A stretch of DNA of 64,000 nucleotides from Amoebophrya sp. A120 (taxonomy: Eukaryota > Protista > Dinoflagellata): assembly GCA_905178155.1 (NCBI GenBank), contig CAJINV010000003.1:7398601-7462600 (forward strand). The letters run 5' to 3'. Within the stretch, counting starts at the first letter, position 1; each line of letters begins with the position of its first letter. The notes below the pieces were generated by a model. It did not search any database. It saw only the letters and a program-made list of their open reading frames with translations, and was not told where the DNA came from. A program made the position numbers and the translations under genes. Below, in pieces: positions 38,544 through 49,930 of this stretch.

Positions 38544-41500
38544 CTAGCGGCGCGCCGAGATGGACGCCTTTCCCGGTGGAGTCAATAGTTGGGGTTTGGA
38601 TGGGCGGCTTTCAGAAGGGCACACAGGGGCCAGCTCGTCGCGGTGTGTCTCAAAAGGGTCGCGGGGTGTCTCGGAAGGCTCAGGGCCACGGGATCGGGCG
38701 AGACGCCCACGCCGCCCTTGTGTTGATGCATGATAAGTACCTTCCGGCGTAAAGGTAGTAGCTTGTTTCTCATTCTCGGCTTTCGTCTTCCTTGCTGATG
38801 ACAGCGGCTGCTGAAGTTGGCGGTGCTCTTCAGGTACTTCATGTCGTTCTTGAGCAAATGCTCCTGCACCCGGTACGCATCTCCTGCCGAAGCCGTTGCT
38901 GGAGGACTGCTCTTGGCTGCTAGGGGCACCACTGCTGCTTGTCCCGCTCCCATCACTCGCGGTCATATCTCCTCGCGGCTGCTCATCCATGTACCTGTCC
39001 CAGCCTGCAGCCCCACGACCGGCGGTGCCTCTGCTCCGCGAGAACGAAGGGGCTCCGGAGTCAGGTCCTCGCAGATCTTCCTCCCAGGTCTCGTTTTGTT
39101 CCCTCGAGGAACCCAGCTCGTTGTCGAAAACGCCCTCGCGCCGGCGAAAAGTGTCTTGCTCTGTCTGTTCGGAGCCGAAACCACTTTTCTCCCGGGGCCA
39201 CTTTCCTCCAGACAGAAGCAAAGAACGCTCGCCCCGCAAGCTGTTGGGGGGCGCCCCGGGCCGGGAAGAAGTGCTGGCCAGTAGAGAGACCGGACTCTCC
39301 TGCCCGATGGCCGACTGATGCGCGCTACTGCTATCTTCCCCTTGACCAGGCACAGCGCAAGCGGCTCCTGTATCTTTTCCATCGATGAGATCCGCAATAT
39401 GCATGGGCTCATCGCAGACGGAATTCTGCAACGCCGATTCGTGTTCAAGATCCAGCCCGTGGTCTCGGCGGTCAGCACGTTTGTCGTGGTCATATTCGCA
39501 ATCAAAATGCTGTTCCTCTGGCGGGTCCACGTCGGGAACCGCTCGCGCGCTCATCACCAGCATGCGCTCGCGATCGAGAATTTCCGCGCGCAGGCGGGTC
39601 TGCGAAAGAAACCTAAGCTGCTGCTATCCGGTGTAAAAATGTCCCCGGCCCAGAGTGAAGTTGGGAAGAACTCTGCAACACAAATAATCCGAAAGTTGTT
39701 TGGGGAGTCACACATGACATGACAGGTACGTCTCTGTATTGTAGTGCAGGTTAGCAAGTTGCACAGCCGCATCTTCACAAAGTCGTCTCCTTATAGACCC
39801 TGTTAAAAGCATTACAAATGCCGAAACACGATCGAAAATGGCTATCATAATCATGAAGATGCGCATTACAAGAAGTGTGCCAAGCTGTAGATGCAAATCG
39901 GTACGACAACCCTGTGGCGGCGACGTTTTTACTCCGGATAGCTGCGGCTGCTGGTTCACCCGGTCCTGCAGCACGTCCCCGTAGATGTGGAGCCCGAAGA
40001 ATCGCGGCGGTACCTGGGACCGGGCTGACTTCGTAAAATTTTCGCAACTGAGCAGCTTCCAGTGCCCCGAGAAGGCCGCGCGCTTGGAAAAACTGACGTT
40101 CGGATTGCGGGCCATCTCCGAAACGGACGTGGGGATTCCCTCGCACAGCTCCGCGGTGTCCGCCCGCGAAGACGTTGGGGGCCCCGTCCCCGGCCGCGCG
40201 TCGGTGATGCCAATCCGAGTGCTGTCACCCCCGGCGGCGACCGGTGCCCCTACCTCGACGTCTCCCACAAGGACAGAGCCTGCTCCTCCACCGGGGCCCC
40301 TTTGTAGTGCCTCTCTCTGCGTCTGCGCGACGAACTCGTTGACGTCGAAATACGTGTTCGGGTACGGAACCTCTTGGTACGGGTGATTGTAGGGCGGTTC
40401 GACGGCCCGCTCTGCCTCACCTTCTTCTTCTTGATCTCCGAGTCTTTTTTCCTCCGGCTGCACGTCCTCGTCCAGTTCCTGAACTTTCTGGCCGTGGTCA
40501 TTGTCCCCACGACCCCTACTACCGGAGGTTGAGTCGCCACCAGTACGGGCGGGAAAAAGCTGTGTCGCCCCCCCGTTACTGATACTGCCTCCAGCACCTT
40601 GCGACGCGGACAGTCCGTCCACGTCAACTTGGCCTACGTGCAGTAAGTTTGATGTCACGTCGCCTCGTGCTCGTCCAGATGAGACGCTTGCATGATGCTG
40701 GTCGTCCAGCTGCTCCCCGTCTTGTGGTCCCCCTCCGGCGAGGACCTTCTTCGAAGTAGATGCGGCGCCGTGGTGACATCGTTGCTCGGACGAACGATCC
40801 ACATCCATCAGATTCGGATCAACAGCATCGCTGGCGAGCAAATCTTGTGCGAAGAGTCTCTTGTCCTCCTCCTCTCCGCCACTGGAAAACAGCTCCCCGG
40901 GCACGACTTGAATGGGCGTCCACTCCTTTGTTCCCCGGGCAGAACAATTCTTGTCGTCCAGGTCGACGGGAAGCAGTCCGATGTCATATTTCTGAACGCC
41001 GGGAGAGCTGCAGTCGAGGAGGTCTAGGTCCTGCTTGTTCTTGATATTTTTCCTCCCTTTTTGATGTTTGGACGCAGCTGCAGAAAAATCGGAGGTGGAT
41101 CTAGCACGGCGATTCTTAGTACACTGCTTTGACAATAATTTCTCCGCTGGAACCAGTCGGCTCCTGCTCCTGCGAAGACAGCGCGCTGCTCGTGTGATAT
41201 CAATAACCTGCGCCGGAGCGTTTCCTCCCACAGCGGAGTCTGAGTCCGACCCTGTACCAGAAGAGGAACGAGAGGAACCAGACCAATCTGAGGAGGAGCC
41301 AGATAACGAGGAGCAAACAGATGAACTACAACTATCGTCACTGCCGGGAGAGGATTCTTCCTGGCCATCTTCTACCTCTGATTGCGTTTTCTTGCTGCTC
41401 CGAAAACAGGGTCCGCAACGACCGAGCGCGACCAGGTGCATGCGAAACTTTCTAGAAGATGTAGAGGATGGAGCACCACCAGTAACACAACTCGCGCTCC

Positions 41501-44500
41501 CTTTAGAAGAACAAGTACTCGCGCTTTTATTGCTTCTGCGACTGCGCCTGGACAGCTCGAGATCATTTTCTTGCTCACCACCATCATGAAGAGGAGCGCA
41601 GAAACCATGTAATTGACGAGCAGCCTCCTCACCACTGTTGGCTACTCCTGCACTAGCCGATGCTACACAACTGTTGACTTGCCGTTTTCGCAGCGCCTTC
41701 CTTGCCGCCCTAAGCTGCTTCTCCGCTGCGGCTCTGCGCTGCTGCTGGCGACGCAGCTGCCCCAGTAGGTCCTTGTTCGCCCGATGAAGAGTCTGCTCTG
41801 GAGACACGCACGACGAGATGAAGCCGCCGCTCACTATGGCAGCGACACCACACGCCAGGCCTATCGGGATCAGATAGGCCCGCGACCGCCCGATTGCGAT
41901 ATCGCTGAAGTCGATGGTGCGCAGCACATGGTGCTTCATCGGGCATGGAATTTTCGCCAGAATATTCAGAACGCCGTCAACCTCGCGATTTCCCGTCATC
42001 GTGTCTGCGGCCCAGTGTGCGATCGACGTCGGCTATCCTATGCAAAAACGTCCCCACCCCATAGTCAAGATGGGGATTTGGATACACAGAGCCAGCATCT
42101 TTTGGCTGTCGCGCAGGACAAAATTGGGCTCGCCGTGTCATCGCGTTTAGCTATTGTAGCTGCGCCACAAATCGATTGATTCCCTTATGCTGATTCTAGC
42201 ATGACAAACTACCAAACAGCATTACAGAATGCTCCTCATGGGGCTCTGCACCATCACCATCATGTAATGGACACCCACACACAGCGCCACGGGACAAAGA
42301 TCTCCTCCCCGGGGGGTGGGCGAGGATGAGGAAGCACTTTCGGCGACCTCATCTTCATACAAAAGCCAAGCGCTACCCCGGTAAGTCACCCGATAAAAAT
42401 TACTGACCAGTCGGGAACTACTTACCCACCACACCCGGCCAAGAAAGCCCAGCCGGCTAGCTAAGCGCGACTGCTGCCCCATACAGAATGATCCAGGACC
42501 CGACCCATTTCCCGCCATATGTTTTTGCTCTCACGGAAGAGACGACGCACCCCTTTAATTAAGGGGCGAGCCTCTCCCCTAAGCCGCTAACCCACTCGGA
42601 CAGGGGAGGCTTGGCCATTCGTGCCTTACCTGTGGCACGGACGAAGATATCAAGGGCACGGATCTTCACAGTTGTCAGGCAATAATTGGCCAGCTGTTTT
42701 TCACTGCTGAACCACAATGGGCACAGCGACAACTTAAGGCTTAGTTTGTGCGTGGCAATCAGAGTGCAGATTAGATTTGAGGCTTGCAGATTTGCATGAC
42801 AATTATAGTGTAGGGAGGTTTTTCCTCCGCATATCGGCTCCTGAAAATTCACAACGCGGTCATCATTCCAGGCCGACAACTTGGTCTGCAATTCCGGGCT
42901 GATATGGTAGACAGGCCACCAGTATCAAGTGTAAAAATGTCTGGGTCTGGAAGGATACAACTTGTGATGCTACTTTTGGAATCTACATAAAAACTGTATT
43001 GCAAGAACAGCAAAAGAGGTGTAATTTGTGCTACGCGGAGAGGGCATTTCTCATGCAGAATGGGCATCAGAAAGCCCTCGCACAATCTCTGATGCTAGGG
43101 CATGCATCACAGACCTCATGGGTCATGCAAAATCTGCATGACAAACTCCTGCATTCTTCCAGACCCAGACATTTTTGCAATCCATAACCAGTGCACTCCT
43201 GACGCATGTCGCGCGTGGCGCAGGCAGACGGGCTCCTGGGTCGCCTCATCCCTGAAAGCCTTCCAGATTAGTCCATCGTCGGAATCCGCATGCGCTTCCG
43301 GATCGGCGAAAATGTCGGAGCTCGTCGAACCGGTAGACTGGTTGCTGGCCTGCGGACGACCGGCACGAGAATTATCTTCTGCAGCAGGGGCATAAAAAGC
43401 ACCGCTACCGCCCCCGCCTTCGGAGGCCCCCACACTGCCGCCGGACTGACTACTAACCCAAGGCGGAGGTGTGCCAGCAGCTGCACTGCCCGCATCCGTC
43501 GGGGGCAGAGAGGAAGATGACGAGTAGGCTGCTGCCCCTGCGTTTGCTCTATGCTGTACAGAAGTACTATCGCACTCGTACTAAAACTAATCACCGCCAT
43601 CCATGCATCACAAATCTTTAGTTTTGTTTTTTTCTTAATTTCTATTTTTGTTCTTGAAAAAATTATATATTTGTGAAGCGTTTACTACTAGGGCGATGGT
43701 TCTGCCATGCATAAGCTCCTGCTGCACCTACTCCACTAGAAGCCCCGCCTGGTCCGCTGCCGGCTTGATCTTGTCCACTTGGTCGCGCCGCACTGCCATT
43801 GTTCACGACCACACCAGCCGCACGCGGCGCTCCTCCGGCGGACGCATTAGCGAAGTCAGCGCCACCAGTTACGACCCAGGGGGGCGGGGTGCCAGCACCC
43901 GCATATCCGTGCTCCGATACGCTCTTGTTGTCCATCCAACCTGTTCCAACGTCCCCTTTCAAAAGAAGAGACATAATACACTGGAGCTCCCCTCTCACCT
44001 CCTTCGAGAACCCTATGCATTGCAAATGCCTTTGGGTCTGGAAGCAAAAAAACGCACAAACTTGTGACGCGCATTATGGATGCCTGGATGTTGCCTAAGC
44101 TGCTGCTATTTTATTTAGAGAAAGCGGAACAATCCTCAGTCCGAACGCGTCGAAAAAGGGGGGGCCGCAATCCCCTCCTGGAACAGGAAAAAGTTTTTAC
44201 TCAAAAATCTACCAAAATAGTAGAGCCACTATAAAAATATGCAACTTTTGTTTTCATGCAGACTAGGCATGGGCAAGCCCCCCTGATGTGTGCACTCTAA
44301 ACCTTTTGTTGCTGTTCCCCTTCCTGCCCCAAAAACTGCATGAAACTACACAGGTGTCTGCTTTATTGTTCCAGAGGACCCAGACATATTTCCAACCGAT
44401 AAACCCGCCTAGGAGGATATCCGCGGTGTCTTCGCCCAATTCTGCCCCTAAAGCAGTCCTGCTCACGGCCACCAAGTTCCGCCGCGTCGAAAGCATGCGA

Positions 44501-46321
44501 AGCCGGCCGATAATGTCGGAGGCAAAGACACGGCGCGAGACCTCGTGCTCTATTTCCAAGAACACCTCATCCATATCTTTGTAGTGGCCCGCAATGTCGG
44601 TGGACCCCCATCAAGGCCGGCGGGGGCAAGGTAGAAGTTCCTGCCGAATAGGGGTGCTCTACGTCGCTGCTGTCCCCATCTCCATGCTCCTGCTCTTCAT
44701 CGCCGTGGGGCATCGCTTTGAAAGAGCGCTCCAGTCTTGAAGTGCGCTTGTGCTGCTCACTATTATGCTGCTCCGTCGCGGCGGTGATTTCGTCGCGGTG
44801 GCTTTTCTCCAGCACACACACAACGCCAAAGAACACCGTCTGCGCCGCCGCGGCCGACGAGGCAAAAATCTGCCAGAAACGGCGGGACGAAAGTAAGCCG
44901 CCCTTGCTTCTTCTCCCGCAGCCGCAGCCCTCCTTGCGGCTACTACTTTTTCCCTTCTTTTCGTCGTGCCTATTTTTCCTACGATGCTCAACACCTGGTG
45001 CACGATGATGCTCTTGCTGGTTTTGGTGGTGCTTAATGTGCTCGGTGGCTGCGGAAGCATCAGCACTGGGCAGCCAAGCCTCCCGAACGGTATTACCACA
45101 CGGTGAGGACGACCCCGCGTCGGGGGCGGCAGGCTCTTGCGCCGCCTTGTGTTTTTGCCGAACGTGAGACGTTGACGACTCTAGCGGAAAGCTGCACTCT
45201 TGCGCGTCGGTCTCCCGGCCCAGGTCGTCGGACGAAGCGTTCCTGAGGTCGTCATCAGGACTGCTACGAGAACTGCTACCCTGCATCTGCATCCTGAGCT
45301 TCGCTGCCTGCTCCTCGTCCTGGTGCGCCGGCGCGGATCTGCCGTACGTCGCGGGCCGCGGCTCGGCCGATGCAGTTTGAGTTTGATGTTGTTCGGGAAG
45401 ATATACCGCTGAGCTGCTAGAGCTTGCACTTTTCTGCCCGGGACTAATTCCTCGCCCAAAAACCACGAATGGGCCTCCACCTGAGGTGAGAGGCGCGCGA
45501 TCCGTCGGCTCCTCCTGCTGGAGGTCGTACTGCTGCCTAGAAGTAGAGGTGGACGACGAACAAGCTCCTTGTTGAAGACGAGGATGATCCACGTCCCCTC
45601 CTTCGTTCTTCGGCAGACCGGCGAAAGTGTCCGCCTTTGTGAGGCCCTTGCCGCCCCCAACGGACGCAAAAGAGCCCCCCTCGCCGCAGCTACCGACCCG
45701 GAAGGAGGAACTCGGACGCGAGTACGGAGTCAGATTGTGCTGGTTCCAGTTGTCGTCATCCCGGTAGCTTGTGCTGTCACCGCTTTTGGCAGGCGCTGCC
45801 CCGCGGAAGAGGACTGGGCGGCCGGAGGTTTCATCGTGTTTAGTGTTTGCTCTAGGAGGTGGAGCGCTCGCGATCGTCGGCGGCTCTGTCCCGGCACGAC
45901 CCGGATGAATTTTGCTCCCGCCACCGGGGGCGCTTGTAGCTGCACGAGGCCCGGACGCAGTCGTAGAATTCGTGGCAAAAATATCCGCGCGAACATGAGG
46001 AAGATTTCGCCCTCCCTGTTGTTCACCTCTGTAATTGTGGCCCATGAAAACAAGCGGGGGCAGCGACGGTCCCGAACTTCTTGAATCAGCAGCGGCACCT
46101 ACCCCAAGCCCCGCAGTTCCTGTTCCCGCTCCTGCCCCTTCAACATCTGAAAAGAAGTTGCGCTTTTGATCGTAGGCCGGTGTCGCAATCGAACGGTGCG
46201 CAGAGGAAGTTTGCTCGAATGGTTCCAGTACTTTTGTGTGTTCTTGATTCGGTATCAAAGGCTTAGGAGCGACGACGCGGGGATCCGCTTTTGCGGAAGA
46301 CGACGACTCCTGACGGTGCAC
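38544..46321 (-). CDS. Large hypothetical low-complexity gene (or two adjacent genes)
   Basis: In-frame joins after element removal: ILLGG|FSKEVRGE (44014-44401), SGVHW|WPVYHISPELQTKL (42923-43186), VNQQPQ|QLRFLSQTRLRAEILDRERMLVMS (39625-39940). Other joins unresolved; one hydrophobic segment near 41830-41880. Confidence 0.6.
39625..39940. mobile_element. Family A-related introner
   Basis: TATCCGGTGTAAAAATGTC...GACGTTTTTACTCCGGATA; direct repeat GCTGC; fuses ORFs 39708-41999 and 38544-39563 in frame. Confidence 0.9.
42252..42353. repeat. ~100 bp dispersed repeat, copy 2
   Basis: Matches 1290-1389 in the same orientation. Confidence 0.8.
42923..43186. mobile_element. Family A introner
   Basis: Family A TIRs; direct repeat ACCAG; in-frame excision. 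Confidence 0.92.
44014..44401. mobile_element. Degenerate family A introner
   Basis: Remnant TGGGTCTGGAAG and ACCCAGACATATTT; direct repeat AACCC; in-frame excision. Confidence 0.85.
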
Positions 46322-46358
46322 AGACTTATCCTCAGGAAAGCCCCCACTTGCACTTTCT

Positions 46359-47305
46359 TCTTCCGCCCTGTTGGTACCTGATCCAATATTTGATTTGGGT
46401 AGCGTTTTGCTTATCGTAGTAACACAAACCTGCCCAAATACCAGCAGCGCTACCCGCCGGGCTCGCAGCTTTACTTCATTCAGTTATATGTTTTCACAAG
46501 GCCACGCCCTTCGTTCACAATGGGTGGACTCCGGTTCATCTGTGCAAAAGTATATCCGCGCCGCTTAGCCGTCTCCTGTGTACTCCTACACGCAGATGCG
46601 AGGCACGCAGCAGGGACCGCGCCGCGACGTCCGCGCCACAGGGGTGGCTGCGTGGCGCCGCAGTTCTCTGCCCACAGACGCGGGTCGAACCGCGCTCCAG
46701 CACTGCACAGAGAAGTCGCAGCGCCGGGCGCCACAGATGCTGCAACAAGTCCCGAACCTTCCCCAACAGAGGTCGCTAGCGGGCAGCGGCGGCTCGCAAC
46801 GCGAGGCGTGTGCCCTCGCGTAGTTCGCTCGGCCACCGCGTCGGCAGAAAGAAGGGCTAGAAGTACGGGCCCGCTCACTCTACACATTCCCGTCATAGAC
46901 GTCAGGACGTGCCTTGCTAGTAAACCTAAAGAGAGGTCAGCAACAGTGCGCCCATGTTTGTCTAACATGCACGCGCGTCTTCCTTATCCTTTTCAGATTG
47001 ATTGTGGTCGTCATGGGCATGGGCTCTGGTGTTGGCACTCGCACTGCTGTGTCCCTCGTTCTGCTACTTCCCCCGAGTCGTCCATTTTTGTAGGCACGGG
47101 CTGGCGACGGGAGATCAAAAATGGGGCCACAAAGGTGGTTCGCCCATTCCGGCCCTCGCTAGGTGTCGCGCTGGTGCTGCGCGACCTAGTCTTACTTGTG
47201 ATGGTGCTTAGAATGTGAAGATATATCGAATGCGTTGCCTAGTTAGATTGGGAATGAAGTAGGTACCTTGTCGGCGGAAGGAGCACACGGCGCACGAATC
47301 TTCTT
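46359..47305. repeat. Diverged dispersed repeat, copy 2
   Basis: Collinear with 35502-36820, same orientation. Confidence 0.85.
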
Positions 47306-48458
47306 TCATCCGCGGCTGCTGAGAAGATGTAATAGGAACAAGATCTTCGTGGTCAGAAACGTGAGAACGGGGAGCAAGTAGAGCTCCTGGAGGCGTTGCA
47401 ACAGTTTGGATGATGTCCTCTCGGCGCCGAAGAGACGACGCCCCTCGTCCAGAAGTGGTCCTAGAAGGAGCAGAAGCTGCGGCCTCAGAAACTGCACCCG
47501 GCTGAGCTGCGGGGCCGGTATCTTCACGCTGTTCATGATCTGGCCAGAAGGACCGGACTTGGACCGCGTACACAGTGAGACGAGCGGGGCCGAAGTTCGT
47601 GTTAGAAGTACTACTATGGGTAGTCGTACTAGTTGTTGGGAACGTGACGCACAGAATCAGTCCCAGAATCACAGTCAGAAAGTTTGCGGATTGCGGATTG
47701 CGGTGGGGTTGGCGTGCCGGAACCATGAGGGTGCACTTTGGCTTGGCTTGGCTGGCTTGGCTGCTGGGGTGCCGTTCCGGAACTTTAAGAGTGCAGCCCC
47801 CGGAGCTCTTCATCATGTACTAAAACCGACTGATCCTCGCAGAAGTGGAATCGGGCGCGATACTGAAGAAGTTGTGAAGGAGCACCATGCGGCGCTAGTG
47901 TAAGTCGTTGTGGTTCGAGAGCGAGACCATCTCGCTGCAGCTGAAAATGAGCAGTAATTTTTTATGTTTTGCGCCGGCTTTCCAGTTTCACGAGTATGCG
48001 GAGCCTTACGTTCTTGAAGTCATGATGTAGTGTCCGTCACACACAAGCTACGAACAGAATAAACTGAACAAAATTAGTCCTGGTAACCGCAAAACGCTTC
48101 TCTTTTGGATGGAGGTTCTAAAAACGCTAATAGAAGGACGTGACTCAGACAACATTTGCGATCTCCACAAGTACTACTTTTCCGCACGCACTATCTCGAA
48201 ATTGATGCAGCGTTTGATTGAATGTGCGAATTTTCTTCGATCAAGCATGCCCGCATATCAACGTTATAAAAAGATCATAATACGTAGAGGAGGTACTTGA
48301 TGATCGCGACCTGTGTCTTTCGATCCGCTGCAGGAACTATCCTAGCTTTTTTCAAACGGCGTCCACACTACAGTAATAACTTTTACTCTAACTGAATTCT
48401 GCAGATCAAGGCGTCTGCGTTGAAGCTGTGAACGTGAACCTTCTATTGCCTTTGCCAG

Positions 48459-49433
48459 CGGTCAATCACAATAAGATCAAAATAGAACCCTAAATCCATA
48501 AACCCTTCCAACCCTTCGAAACCCTTTTCGACGCTGGCGAAGGAACCGGGGCGTAGGAAGATGAATCGGGGGAGAAGAACAGGAAACCGCACTGATCAGA
48601 GAGAGTGTGCACAAAAACGCATGGTAAGACCTAAAGGTTTTAACTCAAGCAAAATACCCACATAGGACACCGGAGGGTGTCATGTCCCGAACCACAAAAA
48701 AATCCTGCTTGGTGCCAGTAGGGCCCGGGGAAAGCAAAAGAGCAGCACAAGGAAGGAAAAGTAAAATCTACTTTCAAAAAGCGCTAATAAAGCCTTTTGC
48801 TCTGATCCGTCCGGGTGTGCACTCCCATCTGGTTCTAAAGCTTCAGCAGTGCTGAGAGCGCTCCGACCCTAAACCTCCTGGCCAAAGCCAAAAGATCTAC
48901 GTACGTATGCGCACGAGCAAGGCAGGAACATCGCCTGATGTGGACGATGTTCCTAAACTAAAAACAAAAAACGACTCTCAGACCGGAGGTAGCCTCACGG
49001 TAGTCGATGCGAGCGAAGGGCGCGAGGAGCGAAGCGAGAGCGAAAGCGAGAATGAGAGCAAAATCGAGACGAGAGCGAAAATCGAGGGCAAAAATCGAGA
49101 ATCGAATTCGAGGATCGAGAGATAAAGGAAGGAATCGACAAAAACGAATTTGCGCTCGATAGTGAAACGGAAACGCGAACAATATCGAAAACGAGATATC
49201 GAAAACGAGAAGTCTCTCTTTTCTCGGAGACGAAGCGAGAGAGAGAGAAACTCACATATCAGGATGTTGCAATTTTACATCCATGTTTTTCATTTTGATT
49301 TGATATACCAAAAAAAGTCAAGCAGGTCAAAAGTTTCAACAAGTCAGAAGGCATTTTTATAAATTGTGATCAGCCCAGATATCATGCATAAGCACAATGT
49401 CATGTTAGTTATGACGGTCAATCACAATAAGAT
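48459..49433. repeat. Segment bracketed by 19-bp perfect direct repeats
   Basis: CGGTCAATCACAATAAGAT at 48459-48477 and 49415-49433; purine-rich GAGCGAA/AATCGAG low-complexity tract at ~49010-49250 inside. Confidence 0.75.
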
Positions 49434-49930
49434 TCGTAACTTTGACACCAGCAAGAAGAGACTTTGCATCAAGGCTGTGTATTCTTCGAAGCTGAAAAAT
49501 GATGGCTGCTCCTGCTTCGAATTCTTGAAATCTGATTCATTCCGTTCATGTGGACATGCACAAGGTGGATGGCGCGAGTTTTTCTCTTTGTCTTTTGTCA
49601 TCTTGGGCGTGCCTCTGTCGATATCGATCTTGACACCAATGCTAAGAAACACTGGAACGCTAGGCACTATGATCTCTAATTAAAGTGATAGCGACGAGCA
49701 CCTCTTGACCGTCCATACTTTTTGGAGTAACAGACTTAGCCGTTTTGCATTTCTGACATTTGTTATGTGGTGGCACGGCGGACCCTCTTACTTCTGAAAC
49801 CCTCGGTAAACAGCTGCGGCTTCGCTGTACTTCACAGACTGGAACCCGACTAGGAGAGAGCAGTGTGGACACCTGTTGCACAAATGGTGAATTATTCCCG
49901 AAGAAAGTTAGCAGCTCGGCACCGCAGCTG

